NCBI GenBank assembly: GCA_046583355.1
Contig: JAYGCM010000033.1
Coordinates: 1 to 18,089, forward strand
Origin: Deltaproteobacteria bacterium
GTDB lineage: Bacteria; Desulfobacterota; Binatia; UBA12015
Reading direction: 5' to 3'
Length of the DNA: 18,089 nucleotides
The notes below the pieces were generated by a model, which made no database searches, was not told the DNA's origin, and was given only the letters and a program-made list of their open reading frames with translations. This document shows, piece by piece, positions 6,670 through 15,627 of this stretch. The position numbers and the translations under genes were made by a program. Each line of letters opens with the position of its first letter. The stretch's first letter is position 1.

Positions 6670-7511
6670 CCTCCAGAATTCAAACCCAGCCCGTCGCCGG
6701 AGCCCTCGGTGCGGAACTCCGCGGCCTCGACCTCTCACAGAAGCTCGACGACACCTCGGTCGATGCGGTGCTCGAGGCTCTCTACGAGCACAAGGTCATC
6801 TTCTTCCGGGGCCAAAGCCTGACCCCTGAGCAACAGATCGGTTTCAGCGCGCAGCTCGGCCCGGTCTTCACCGACCACCCGGCCTACTTGCCTACGCTCG
6901 AAGGCCACCACGAGATCGTGGTTCTGGAGGGACAGGACGGCGGCCGAGCCAACCTCTGGCACACCGATGTGTCGATCTCGCGCCGGCCGCCGATGGCGTC
7001 GGTCCTCTACATGAAGCAATGCCCCGACTGGGGCGGCGACACCATATGGGCGAGTATGACGGCCGCCTACGACGCGCTCTCCGATCGCATGAAGACGTAC
7101 CTGGAAGGGCTTTCCGCCGTGCATGACCTCGCCGGCACGATTCGCAATGTGGTGCGCGAGCGCTCGCAGGAGACCAAGGCACCCACTGGCGCGATGCCGG
7201 ACATCAGGTCGCTGCCGCACGCGACCCACCCGGTCGTGCGCACCCACCCGGCAACCGGTCGCAAGATCCTTTTTGTGAACCCGACCTTCACCGCCCACAT
7301 CGAGGGCCTGCCGCCCGCCGAGGGCGACGCCCTCCTCGCCTTCCTCTACCAGCATCAGAACCAGCCCGAGTTCCAATGCCGATGGCATTGGCAAGTCGGC
7401 GATCTCGCGATCTGGGACAACCGCTCGACCCACCACTACGCCATCGCCGACTACGGCGACGCGCCCCGCACCATCCACCGCGTCACGCTCGAGGGCGAGG
7501 CTCCTGTCTGA
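6666..7511 (+). CDS. TauD/TfdA family Fe(II)/2-oxoglutarate dioxygenase (TauD/AtsK-like), 281 aa
   Basis: VIFFRGQ, WHTD (HxD), GGDT, HPVVRTHP and WDNRSTHH..R motifs. ATGA overlap with TetR and GGAG upstream. Confidence 0.93.
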   Translation: MTSRIQTQPVAGALGAELRGLDLSQKLDDTSVDAVLEALYEHKVIFFRGQSLTPEQQIGFSAQLGPVFTDHPAYLPTLEGHHEIVVLEGQDGGRANLWHTDVSISRRPPMASVLYMKQCPDWGGDTIWASMTAAYDALSDRMKTYLEGLSAVHDLAGTIRNVVRERSQETKAPTGAMPDIRSLPHATHPVVRTHPATGRKILFVNPTFTAHIEGLPPAEGDALLAFLYQHQNQPEFQCRWHWQVGDLAIWDNRSTHHYAIADYGDAPRTIHRVTLEGEAPV

Positions 7512-9778
7512 TGGGCGCGACGAGCCAGCTCCATTACCGAACCTGTCACCTCTGCGAGACCATGTGCGGCATCGAGGTCGAGCACGACGGCAAGCGCATC
7601 CTCGCCATCCGCGGCGACAAGGAAGACGTCCTCAGCAAGGGCAATATCTGCCCCAAAGCCACTGGTCTGCAGGACATTCATACGGATCCCGACCGGATAC
7701 GCAGGCCGCTGAAGCGGGTGCGCAAGAACCCGGCAACAAAGAGTCCTGACGACGAGTGGGTGGAGGTCGAGTGGGAGGAAGCCTTCGACTACGTCACGGA
7801 TCAGCTGGCCAGCATCCAGCTGGAATTCGGGTTCGACGCGGTTGGCTCCTATTGCGGGCGCAGCACCGCCCACAATATCGGCGCTCTGCTGGCGGTCGAT
7901 GCGCTGCGCCGGATCGTCGGCTCCAAAAATGTCTATACCGGCTCCACCGTGGACCAGATGCCGCACAATTTCGTCTGGCATCATATGCTCGGGCACCAGT
8001 TCTTCGGCACGGTACCCGACATCAACCGCACCCAATACTACCTGATGCTCGGTACCAACCCGAAGATCTCCAACGGCGCGATGATGTCCACCGGCGCCAA
8101 TACCTACAAGAAGTTCAACGAGATCAGGGCGCGCGGCGGAAAAACTGTCTTGATCGACCCGCGCCGCAACGAGTCGGCCCCCTACATGGACGAGCATCAT
8201 TTCATCCGTCCGAATACTGATGCCCTTTTCTTGCTGGGAATCATCCAGACCATCTTCGCCAAGGGCCTGGCGACGCCAGGTCGTCTCGGTGATCACATCC
8301 GCGGCTGGGAAGAGCTCGAGCCCATGGCCGCGCAATTCGACATGGATCGCATCGCGGAGGTCACCGGCATCGCGCGCGCGGACATCGAGCGTATCGCCGT
8401 GGAATTCGCCAGCGCGCAAGGAGCCGTCTGCTACGGCCGCACCGGGGTCTCCATGGTGGAGTTCGGCGGCCTGTGCCAATGGCTCATGCAGGTGGTGAAC
8501 ATCATCACCGGCAACATGGATGAGCAGGGAGGCATGATGTTCCCCCTGACCGCGATCGACTCGCTAAGCCTGTCGAACTCAAGCTGGGATCGGTATCGCT
8601 CGCGGGTGAGCGGTCGCCCGGAGTTCTCCGGTGAGCTGCCGATGGCGGTGCTGCCCGAGGAAATCCTCACGCCTGGGCAAGGACAGCTGCGTGGCCTGAT
8701 CGCCATCGCCGGCAATCCGGTATTGTCCATGGCCGACGGCGGCAGAACCGAAGAAGCCCTCCAGCACCTTCCGTTCATGGTTTCGGTGGACTACTACCGC
8801 AACGAGACCACCCGCTTCGCCGACATCATCCTTCCCCCGGTCGGGCCCTTCGAGAAGAGCCATTACGACCTCTTCTACCATCTCTATGACACCATCAATT
8901 GGTCGAAGTACTCGCCGCGGCTCTACGCGCCGGAGGCACCCGGCCATACCGATCTGGAAATTCTGACGGAGATTCTGAAGCGGCTTGTGGTCAAGCGCGC
9001 CGCCACGCCGCTCAGGAAGTGGCTCTACCGCCGGATCGGAAGCCTCGTGAGCAAGCACTTCACGGTGGAGCGTATCCTTACAGCCGGCCTACGTTTCGGC
9101 CCCTATGGCGCGGGTTTGAACCCGTTCAAAAGGAATGCGCTGAGCCTGCGGAAACTCAAGGAAAAGCCACACGGCATCTTCCTTGGCAACCTCGAAAAGT
9201 GTCTCCCGGAACGTCTCTTCACCGCAGACAAGAAGATCCACGTCGCACCGCGAGTGCTTCTCGGTGATCTCCCGCGCCTTCGCGCGCGCTTCTTCGAGGG
9301 CGGTGAGGAGGCCTTGCGGGCCGGCTCGGCGTTCGACTTGAAGATCATCAGCCGTCTGACCAATCGAACGCTCGGCTGGATGCACCACAGCCAGCGCCTG
9401 GTCAAGGGCAAAAACCCCTGCGAGTTGATGATGCACCCCGAAGACGCCGCCTCGCGCGGCATCGAGGCGGGTAGCCTGGTGCGAGTCACATCGCGCCGCT
9501 CGAGTATCGAGCTTCCGGCAATGCTCAGCACGGATATCATGGCGGGCGTTGTATGTATGCCGCACCTCTGGGGCCACGGCCGCGCCGGCACACGCCAGCG
9601 CGTCGCGAACGCGTCGCCGGGCGTCAGCATGAACGACCTGACGGACATTTCAGTGATCGACGAACTGACAGGGAATGCCGTCGTCAACGGAGTACCCGTG
9701 AAGGTCGAAGCCGTCGGCAAGGCCCACACCAGCGAAACCACGCACGCCGACGAGACCGCGGAAGAATTCGTCGCATGA
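7511..9778 (+). CDS. Molybdopterin (Mo/W-bisPGD, DMSO reductase superfamily) oxidoreductase with N-terminal 4Fe-4S site, 755 aa
   Basis: CHLCETMC...GNICPK, GTNPKISNG, IDPRRNE, NETTRFADIILP and C-terminal MHPEDA..PHLWGH. Start ATG 7511 overlaps the TauD stop (TGATG). No Tat signal. Confidence 0.92.
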   Translation: MGATSQLHYRTCHLCETMCGIEVEHDGKRILAIRGDKEDVLSKGNICPKATGLQDIHTDPDRIRRPLKRVRKNPATKSPDDEWVEVEWEEAFDYVTDQLASIQLEFGFDAVGSYCGRSTAHNIGALLAVDALRRIVGSKNVYTGSTVDQMPHNFVWHHMLGHQFFGTVPDINRTQYYLMLGTNPKISNGAMMSTGANTYKKFNEIRARGGKTVLIDPRRNESAPYMDEHHFIRPNTDALFLLGIIQTIFAKGLATPGRLGDHIRGWEELEPMAAQFDMDRIAEVTGIARADIERIAVEFASAQGAVCYGRTGVSMVEFGGLCQWLMQVVNIITGNMDEQGGMMFPLTAIDSLSLSNSSWDRYRSRVSGRPEFSGELPMAVLPEEILTPGQGQLRGLIAIAGNPVLSMADGGRTEEALQHLPFMVSVDYYRNETTRFADIILPPVGPFEKSHYDLFYHLYDTINWSKYSPRLYAPEAPGHTDLEILTEILKRLVVKRAATPLRKWLYRRIGSLVSKHFTVERILTAGLRFGPYGAGLNPFKRNALSLRKLKEKPHGIFLGNLEKCLPERLFTADKKIHVAPRVLLGDLPRLRARFFEGGEEALRAGSAFDLKIISRLTNRTLGWMHHSQRLVKGKNPCELMMHPEDAASRGIEAGSLVRVTSRRSSIELPAMLSTDIMAGVVCMPHLWGHGRAGTRQRVANASPGVSMNDLTDISVIDELTGNAVVNGVPVKVEAVGKAHTSETTHADETAEEFVA

Positions 9779-9806
9779 TAGCACATAGAAGAATTGCGAG
9801 ACCGTC

Positions 9807-11321
9807 ATGAGATACTTGAAGGTCGCTCTTGGCATGGCAGCTCTTGGCGTCGCCGTGGGCCTGTTGCTGGCCGTCAATGCGTGGCGAGCCGTGCCCACGG
9901 AAATCGGCACCACCGTGCCCGCACGCCCGATGCCCGTCATCAGTCAACCACACCACCCCATGCTTGCGGAATCCGAGCGCAGCAGCATGCACGGCGGGTC
10001 CTACAACCGGGACCTCAACACATATCCGGGCCCCCTCGGGCACGACACCCACACGGCGCACCGTGCGTTCAGCTGGCTGGTCGGGGTGGCGCCCAACATC
10101 GCCTTCGACTCCGCGGGTCGCCTGATCACGGTCTCGCTTCAGCTGGGCGGCATCGAGCTCCATCTGCTCGATCCCGAAACCCTCGAAACCCTGGCTGTGG
10201 CTCAGCTCCCCGCGAAAGCCTCGTTCGATGACAACAGCGGTGGCGGCTACTTCCACTTGGACGACCGCGACCGTGTACTGCTGGCGCCGTCGGACAAGAC
10301 GATCACGATCTACGAGGTGACCGAAGGCGCACACGGCCCCGAGTGGCAGGTCGCGGAGATCCACGACCTCAGCCACGTGTTGCCCGAGGGCGTCAACGTC
10401 CACGACGTGATCCCGGACTGGGTTGGTAATCTGTGGTTCGTGACCGGCGGAAATCTCCTCGGCTACCGCCACAAGGACACCGGCGAGATATTCACCTACG
10501 AGATGGAAGCGGACGACGAGCTGATTCAGAATTCCTTTGCGGTCGATGCGCAGGGGCTCTATGTCGTCTCGACCGACTCTCTCTATCTCTTCCAGACGGA
10601 CCCAGCCGGCGACATCGTGTACGTCTGGCGGGAGGATTATGAGAACGGGGAAACCCAGAAGCCGGGCACACTCTCGCACGGGTCGGGTACGTCCCCGACG
10701 CTGATCGGCGACGACCTGGTTGCGATCGCCGACGATGGCCACCCCTTCACCCACGTCATGGTCTACCACCGCGGCGAAGAGATCGAGGGCGATCGGGTTG
10801 TCTGCAAGGTGCCCCTCTTCGAAGCCGGAAAAAGTGCCACCGAGAACTCGCTGATGGTCTACGGCGACGCGATGGTCGTACAGAACGACTACGGCCACGT
10901 CTTCGAAGGAAACGCGCTTGAGACTTCGCCCGGCGTGATGCGGATCGATGTGCGCGAGGATCGCAGTGGCTGTGACATCGTTTGGTACAACAAGGAGATG
11001 ATCTCCCAATCCCTGCCACGGCTGTCGATGGCTACGGGCTTGCTGTATTTCTACACCTTCAAGAAGCAGGCAGAGGGCGACTTCTTCGGTGGCTGGTACT
11101 TGACAGCCGTCGACTTCGACACCGGCGAAGAGCTGTGGGATCGCTTGATCAGCCCGGGGACCGGAACCATCATCGATCCGCTCTCGAGTGTTACCGCTCC
11201 GGTCGTGATGGGTCCGAACGGTGCTGCCTATGTCGGAATCCGTACGGGTGTGGTCATGGCCAAGGATCGTGCTTCTCCCCTGGGGGGCGTAGCGGTTTCG
11301 GCGGGCGGCGGAGCCGGATAG
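9807..11321 (+). CDS. Secreted or membrane-anchored hypothetical protein, probable beta-propeller, 504 aa
   Basis: N-terminal hydrophobic segment followed by an acidic beta-rich body (PDWVGNLWFVT, NSFAVDAQGLYVVS, KPGTLSHGSGTSPTL, AVDFDTGEELW). GC3-rich codon usage. Confidence 0.85.
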   Translation: MRYLKVALGMAALGVAVGLLLAVNAWRAVPTEIGTTVPARPMPVISQPHHPMLAESERSSMHGGSYNRDLNTYPGPLGHDTHTAHRAFSWLVGVAPNIAFDSAGRLITVSLQLGGIELHLLDPETLETLAVAQLPAKASFDDNSGGGYFHLDDRDRVLLAPSDKTITIYEVTEGAHGPEWQVAEIHDLSHVLPEGVNVHDVIPDWVGNLWFVTGGNLLGYRHKDTGEIFTYEMEADDELIQNSFAVDAQGLYVVSTDSLYLFQTDPAGDIVYVWREDYENGETQKPGTLSHGSGTSPTLIGDDLVAIADDGHPFTHVMVYHRGEEIEGDRVVCKVPLFEAGKSATENSLMVYGDAMVVQNDYGHVFEGNALETSPGVMRIDVREDRSGCDIVWYNKEMISQSLPRLSMATGLLYFYTFKKQAEGDFFGGWYLTAVDFDTGEELWDRLISPGTGTIIDPLSSVTAPVVMGPNGAAYVGIRTGVVMAKDRASPLGGVAVSAGGGAG

Positions 11322-11322
11322 T

Positions 11323-11344
11323 GGGCTGCGGAGCCTTTCAGCCC
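11323..11344 (+). terminator. Possible hairpin/terminator after the 504-aa gene
   Basis: GGGCTG...CAGCCC, or GGGCT-GCGG-AGCCT-TTC, immediately after TAG. The U tract is short. Confidence 0.3.
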
Positions 11345-11388
11345 GTTGGGCGGGCCACTCCACTCTTGTGGTGATAGCGTCCCGACTC

Positions 11389-13191
11389 ATGCGGACTTCG
11401 ATTTGGCAGCTCAGTCTTTCCTGTTCTCTGGTTCTGGCACTTCTGGCGGGCGGCTGCTCCGGCAGCTCGGAGGAGACGAGCCCGGCTTGCGCCGACGCTG
11501 CGCCGGCGGCATTGCGCACTTGCGTTGCGGAATTCAGTGCGGCGATCGCGAGCTGCTACGCCGATGGCGGCGCGCCTTGCGCCGATGACGACGCCCGCAT
11601 TGTGGCAGCATTGGCCGGCCTGGACGACACGCTTGCGGGCAGTTGTGCTGACGGAGAATTCCTCGAACTCGAGGCGGCCGCCGTGGCCGGCCGCCTGCAC
11701 GCCGCATGTGCTTCGGAGGCCGCATCACTGGGCTGGCGCACATTTGGCGGGCCGCAGGGCGCCGTCTGGCCGGCCGTCGATGCAAGCGCGCAAACCTGTC
11801 TCGCCCGTGCGCACTCGACTGCTGCCGGGATGGTCGAGAGCTCGCTGGAGGCCATCCATGATTGTCTCGCAGGTGGCGATTGCGACGCCGCGGCGCTCGG
11901 CGACACTCGCGAGGCTCTGCGCCTCCAGGCAATCGACGAGGTGGAATCTTCGTGCGACAGCCTCAGCGTCCTGATCGCGCTTGCGCCGGCCACCTATATC
12001 GACCGCGCCGTGCATCAGGTCGATTGTCTGGCGGCGACGGGTGAGGCCGATACGGCAGAGCTGTCGCTCTCCTGCGGACCATCGAATAGTGAATTCACAG
12101 CGCCGCGTGGCGAGTGGAAACAGATCATCGTCGATGGCCGCAAGCACGGAACGATGTGTGGCGACGGCGGCGACTACGCCTTCCAGATCCGACTCGCCCC
12201 CGAAGGGGCGCGGCTCGACCGGATCATCATCGGCCTCCAAGGTGGTGGTGTCTGCCTCTTTGAGAGCGATTGCCTCGCCCGTATGGAGAGCAACCCCGGG
12301 CTCTTCACGGCACTGGACGATCCGCCGCTGGCCGCCGGAATCGGCTCGAACGACCCGGCCGAGAGCCCGTTTGCCGACTGGACGAAGATCTATCTGCCCT
12401 ATTGCACGCAGGATGTCTTCGCCGGCGGAGGCGTGGTCGAGGTGATGGGCGAGGCCGAGGTGCCTCGTTACGGGGGCAAGAACCTGCGCGCGGCCATCCG
12501 CATGGCCCGCGACGTCATCTGGAAAATGATGGACGAGGAGGCCGGCGACGGCTTCCGGCCCGACGAAATCATCGCCTTCTTCGGCGGTTGGTCCGCCGGC
12601 GGTTACGGCACGCTTTACAATTACCATTGGCTGCTCGACGACCTGCAATGGCCGCGGACCATAGCCTTCCCGGACGCCGGCATGGCGCTCGATAACGGCA
12701 CACCGCTTGGCGTGGCGGGCCTCGGTCTGGTGAAGATTCCGGGCTGGGGAACGCTCGAGAATCTCCCCCCGTACTGCTTCGTGGGCGATTGCGCGGTCGG
12801 CCCGATTCTCTATGAAGCAATCTCGCCGCGGCTCAAGCAAGTCCCCGAGCAACAGATCCTCGTCCTCAGCAATCAAAAAGATGAGACGCAACGCAACGAT
12901 GCCTTCTTCAGCACCGAGGTCCTCTGGATGAACACGCTGCGCGGGGATTATTGCGCTACAAAAGATCTTCCCGGTATCAACTACTATTTGACCAGCGAAT
13001 CCGACGTGAGTATCCACGTCGTCTCGATCCGCTCGGATTTCTGGCACGGCGAGGTCGACGGCGAGCGCATGCGCGACTGGTTCTGGCGCGCGGCGACTGA
13101 GCCCGACACTCTGCAGAACCGCGTTGAGGAGGGCGACTTCGTAACCAAGGTGCCTGGGACCCAGCCCTTCCCCTGCGAGGTCGCGCCTTGA
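11389..13191 (+). CDS. Pectinacetylesterase/Notum-family serine hydrolase lipoprotein with Cys-rich N-terminal domain, 600 aa
   Basis: Lipoprotein-like signal ..VLALLAGGC, then CGDG, LQGGGVC, PFADW, LPYCTQD and nucleophile GWSAGGYG. Confidence 0.85.
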   Translation: MRTSIWQLSLSCSLVLALLAGGCSGSSEETSPACADAAPAALRTCVAEFSAAIASCYADGGAPCADDDARIVAALAGLDDTLAGSCADGEFLELEAAAVAGRLHAACASEAASLGWRTFGGPQGAVWPAVDASAQTCLARAHSTAAGMVESSLEAIHDCLAGGDCDAAALGDTREALRLQAIDEVESSCDSLSVLIALAPATYIDRAVHQVDCLAATGEADTAELSLSCGPSNSEFTAPRGEWKQIIVDGRKHGTMCGDGGDYAFQIRLAPEGARLDRIIIGLQGGGVCLFESDCLARMESNPGLFTALDDPPLAAGIGSNDPAESPFADWTKIYLPYCTQDVFAGGGVVEVMGEAEVPRYGGKNLRAAIRMARDVIWKMMDEEAGDGFRPDEIIAFFGGWSAGGYGTLYNYHWLLDDLQWPRTIAFPDAGMALDNGTPLGVAGLGLVKIPGWGTLENLPPYCFVGDCAVGPILYEAISPRLKQVPEQQILVLSNQKDETQRNDAFFSTEVLWMNTLRGDYCATKDLPGINYYLTSESDVSIHVVSIRSDFWHGEVDGERMRDWFWRAATEPDTLQNRVEEGDFVTKVPGTQPFPCEVAP

Positions 13192-13314
13192 TCAGCTGAG
13201 GCCGCACGATCCGTCGTTGCCCCGCCGGGCGACCCTACCTCACCAACTCGGTTCGGATCCGCTCGAAGCCCTTCGCGAAGGAGGCCCGCACGGGCACCGA
13301 GCCGCTCTCGCGTG

Positions 13315-13896
13315 TCAGCGCAGCAGCCGCGCGATGATGCCGTCGCGTACCTCGGTGAGCACGCGGGAGTCGCTTGCGACCACGCCCAGGATCGCGAGCG
13401 AGGTCACGCCGTGCATGGCGCTCCAGAAGACGAGTACGGCTTCATCCACCGACAGCCGCAGGCCGCCGGTGGCCTCCAGGGCGACCATGCCGTCTCGCAT
13501 CCGGGCGAACGAGGAGATGCCGTGCGACGATGAGGTACCGCTTTTGCGATCGAAGAGCAGACGGTAGGGCAGCGGGTTGGCGAGTCCGAACTCCACGTAG
13601 CGATCGAAAGCCCAGCGCAATGCCTCGACCGGATCGGCCGGGCCCGGGCGTCCCACCATCCAGGCATCGAAGCCCACGAAATGGTCGTCCACGATGCGTT
13701 CGATGAGTCTCTGCCGGTCACCGAAATGGTGGTAGATGGTCGGCGCCGTCACGCCGGCACGCTTGCAGATGCCCCGGATCGAGAGGTTTTTCTCGCCCTC
13801 TTCGAAGAGCAGGGCCTCGGCGGCGCGTAGGATCGCGCGGCGGGTCACCTCGGAGCGCCCGGCGCGGGTCTCTCCGCGAGATTCGGGAAGGTTCAT
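13315..13896 (-). CDS. TetR/AcrR family regulator with WHG-type C-terminal domain, 193 aa
   Basis: HTH LSIRGICKRAGVTAPTIYHHFGD and C-terminal WSAMHG. Start taken at ATG 13896. Confidence 0.93.
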   Translation of the reverse strand: MNLPESRGETRAGRSEVTRRAILRAAEALLFEEGEKNLSIRGICKRAGVTAPTIYHHFGDRQRLIERIVDDHFVGFDAWMVGRPGPADPVEALRWAFDRYVEFGLANPLPYRLLFDRKSGTSSSHGISSFARMRDGMVALEATGGLRLSVDEAVLVFWSAMHGVTSLAILGVVASDSRVLTEVRDGIIARLLR

Positions 13897-13897
13897 G

Positions 13898-13993
13898 ATG
13901 GAACTATGGTTCCATAACACCGATATACATTCAATGAATGAATGGCATAGTGCACAACATAATCTCGGTCCCCATTGCTTAACAGCACTATAC
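13898..13993. promoter_or_regulatory. AT-rich divergent control region with candidate operators
   Basis: ATGGAAC-TATG-GTTCCAT (13898-13915), CATTCA-A-TGAATG (13928-13940), and TAACA-N4-TATAC twice (13915-13928, 13980-13993). Confidence 0.6.
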
Positions 13994-14075
13994 CAAACGG
14001 CTTGACCATCGCTGCGGGAGGCCGTATTGGTAGGAGAGCACGCCCGTGCGGGCGTGCAGATCCCAAGGAGACTCC

Positions 14076-15560
14076 ATGCTGGCGAAAGATTTCGCGAATT
14101 TGCCCCCGATGCGCCGCCGTTCGTTTCTCAAAGCCTCGCTACTCGGTGCGGGCGCAATGGCCATGCCGTCCTTCCTCTCGGCCTGCGGCGGCTCGAGTTC
14201 CGGCTATGGGCCGCTCGTGGTCGATCCGAATACCCCCTGGTGGCTGCAGAACGGCTTTGAACCGATTTTCACCGAGGCAACGGCCTTTGACCTGCCGGTG
14301 CGCGGTGCGATCCCGCCCGAGCTGAACGGCCTCTACACCCGCAACGGCTCGAATCCGCAGAATAGCGATTCGCCGCATTGGTTCCTCGGCGACGGCATGA
14401 TTCACGGCGTCAAGATCGAGAATGGTCAAGCGAAATGGTACCGCAATCGCTACGTGCAGACCGAACTTTACAAGCAGGGTGTGGCCTTCAATCAATCGAT
14501 CGCACTGGGCCTGCCCCCAGGCGGACCAAACGGCACGAGCAACGTCAGCACCTTCTACCACGGCGGCCGGTTGATGAGTTCAGGGGAGATCGGCGCCGGC
14601 TTCGAAATCGATCCACAGACCCTCGAGACGATCGGCCTGCAAACCTATGGCGACCGCATCACGAACTCTTTGACCGCGCATCCGAAGATCGACCCGGTTA
14701 CGGGCCACCTCCATTGTTTCGGTTATTGGTTCGCGCCGCCCTACCTCACTTATTATGAGATCGACACGCAGGGGAATGTCGTTCACGAAGCGGCGATCGA
14801 TGTTGCGGAACCTTCGATGTTCCACTCCTTTGCCATCACCGATCGCGAGGCGATCTTCTGGGAGTGCCCGGTTCTCTTCAACTTGCAGAACGCCGTCGAG
14901 AATCCGATCGATGCCTTCAGGTGGACACCGGAGTACGGCACCAAGATCGGCATCCTGCCCTTCGGCGCGCCGGGCTCGGACATCCGCTGGGTCAAGCTAC
15001 CCGAGCCCTGTTACGTCTTCCACGAGGTCAACGCTTTCCGTCGCGGCACCGAGGTCGTCATCGACGTACACCGCCTCGAAGAGGTTTTCGGCTCGACCGA
15101 CATCGCCGCCGGCGAAGACCGCATCACGCGCTGGATCGTCGATACGGCAGGCGAGGATCTCACCTTCCGCGAAGAGATCGTAAACTATAATTACTGGGAT
15201 CTCGCCGCGCACGATCGTCGCTTCACGGGCCGGAAGTACCGCCACAGCTGGCATACGGAATTCCGCGACCAGCCCGAGGGAGTCCAGGTCGGTGGCATCG
15301 GCTACCTCGATTTCGATACCGGCGCAGAGAAGCTCTGGGATCCCGGCCCCGGCCGTCATGGCAGCGAACCCTTCTTCGTGCCGACCGGCGCGGCCGAGGG
15401 CGAAGGCTACCTGATGGCCTTCGTCTACGATCGCGGCACGGGCGCCAGTGTGCTCGCCATCTTCGAGGCCATGGACCATACCAAGGGCCCGGTCGCCGAG
15501 ATCGAAATGCCGCAACGCGTTCCCTTCGGCTTCCACGGCGTCTGGGTGCCGGACCTGTAG
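14076..15560 (+). CDS. Carotenoid cleavage oxygenase (RPE65/CCO family) with Tat lipoprotein signal, 494 aa
   Basis: GAIPPELNG..RNG, HWFLGDGMIHG and four Fe-ligand His motifs (TAHP, MFHSF, VFHEVNA, GFHG). AGGAG at 14066-14070. RRRSFLK...LSAC at the N-terminus. Confidence 0.93.
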   Translation: MLAKDFANLPPMRRRSFLKASLLGAGAMAMPSFLSACGGSSSGYGPLVVDPNTPWWLQNGFEPIFTEATAFDLPVRGAIPPELNGLYTRNGSNPQNSDSPHWFLGDGMIHGVKIENGQAKWYRNRYVQTELYKQGVAFNQSIALGLPPGGPNGTSNVSTFYHGGRLMSSGEIGAGFEIDPQTLETIGLQTYGDRITNSLTAHPKIDPVTGHLHCFGYWFAPPYLTYYEIDTQGNVVHEAAIDVAEPSMFHSFAITDREAIFWECPVLFNLQNAVENPIDAFRWTPEYGTKIGILPFGAPGSDIRWVKLPEPCYVFHEVNAFRRGTEVVIDVHRLEEVFGSTDIAAGEDRITRWIVDTAGEDLTFREEIVNYNYWDLAAHDRRFTGRKYRHSWHTEFRDQPEGVQVGGIGYLDFDTGAEKLWDPGPGRHGSEPFFVPTGAAEGEGYLMAFVYDRGTGASVLAIFEAMDHTKGPVAEIEMPQRVPFGFHGVWVPDL

Positions 15561-15586
15561 AGGCCCGGGCTGGAGCCTTTTCATTT
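15561..15586 (+). terminator. Possible intrinsic terminator after the CCO gene
   Basis: AGGCCCGGGCTGGAGCCT imperfect stem followed by TTTCATTT. Confidence 0.4.
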
Positions 15587-15592
15587 CGCGGC

Positions 15593-15620
15593 TTGACAAA
15601 GGCGGCCGGGCAGATAATGT
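15593..15620 (+). promoter_or_regulatory. Sigma70-type promoter for a probably leaderless SDR transcript
   Basis: TTGACA(15593)-N16-TAATGT(15615)-N7-ATG(15628), with no SD sequence. Confidence 0.65.
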
Positions 15621-15627
15621 CCTCTGC

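Noticed and set aside
7376..7510. Arg-rich N-terminal extension of the Mo enzyme read as a Tat signal
   Set aside because: It overlaps the TauD coding region in another frame and has no hydrophobic core. The start at 7511 gives a normal TGATG coupling.
9684..11519. Long antisense ORFs (611 aa here, also 660-2033, 11725-13047, 14997-16115 and 15223-16392)
   Set aside because: They mirror well-supported plus-strand genes, carry no motifs, and are expected from stop-codon scarcity in high-GC DNA.
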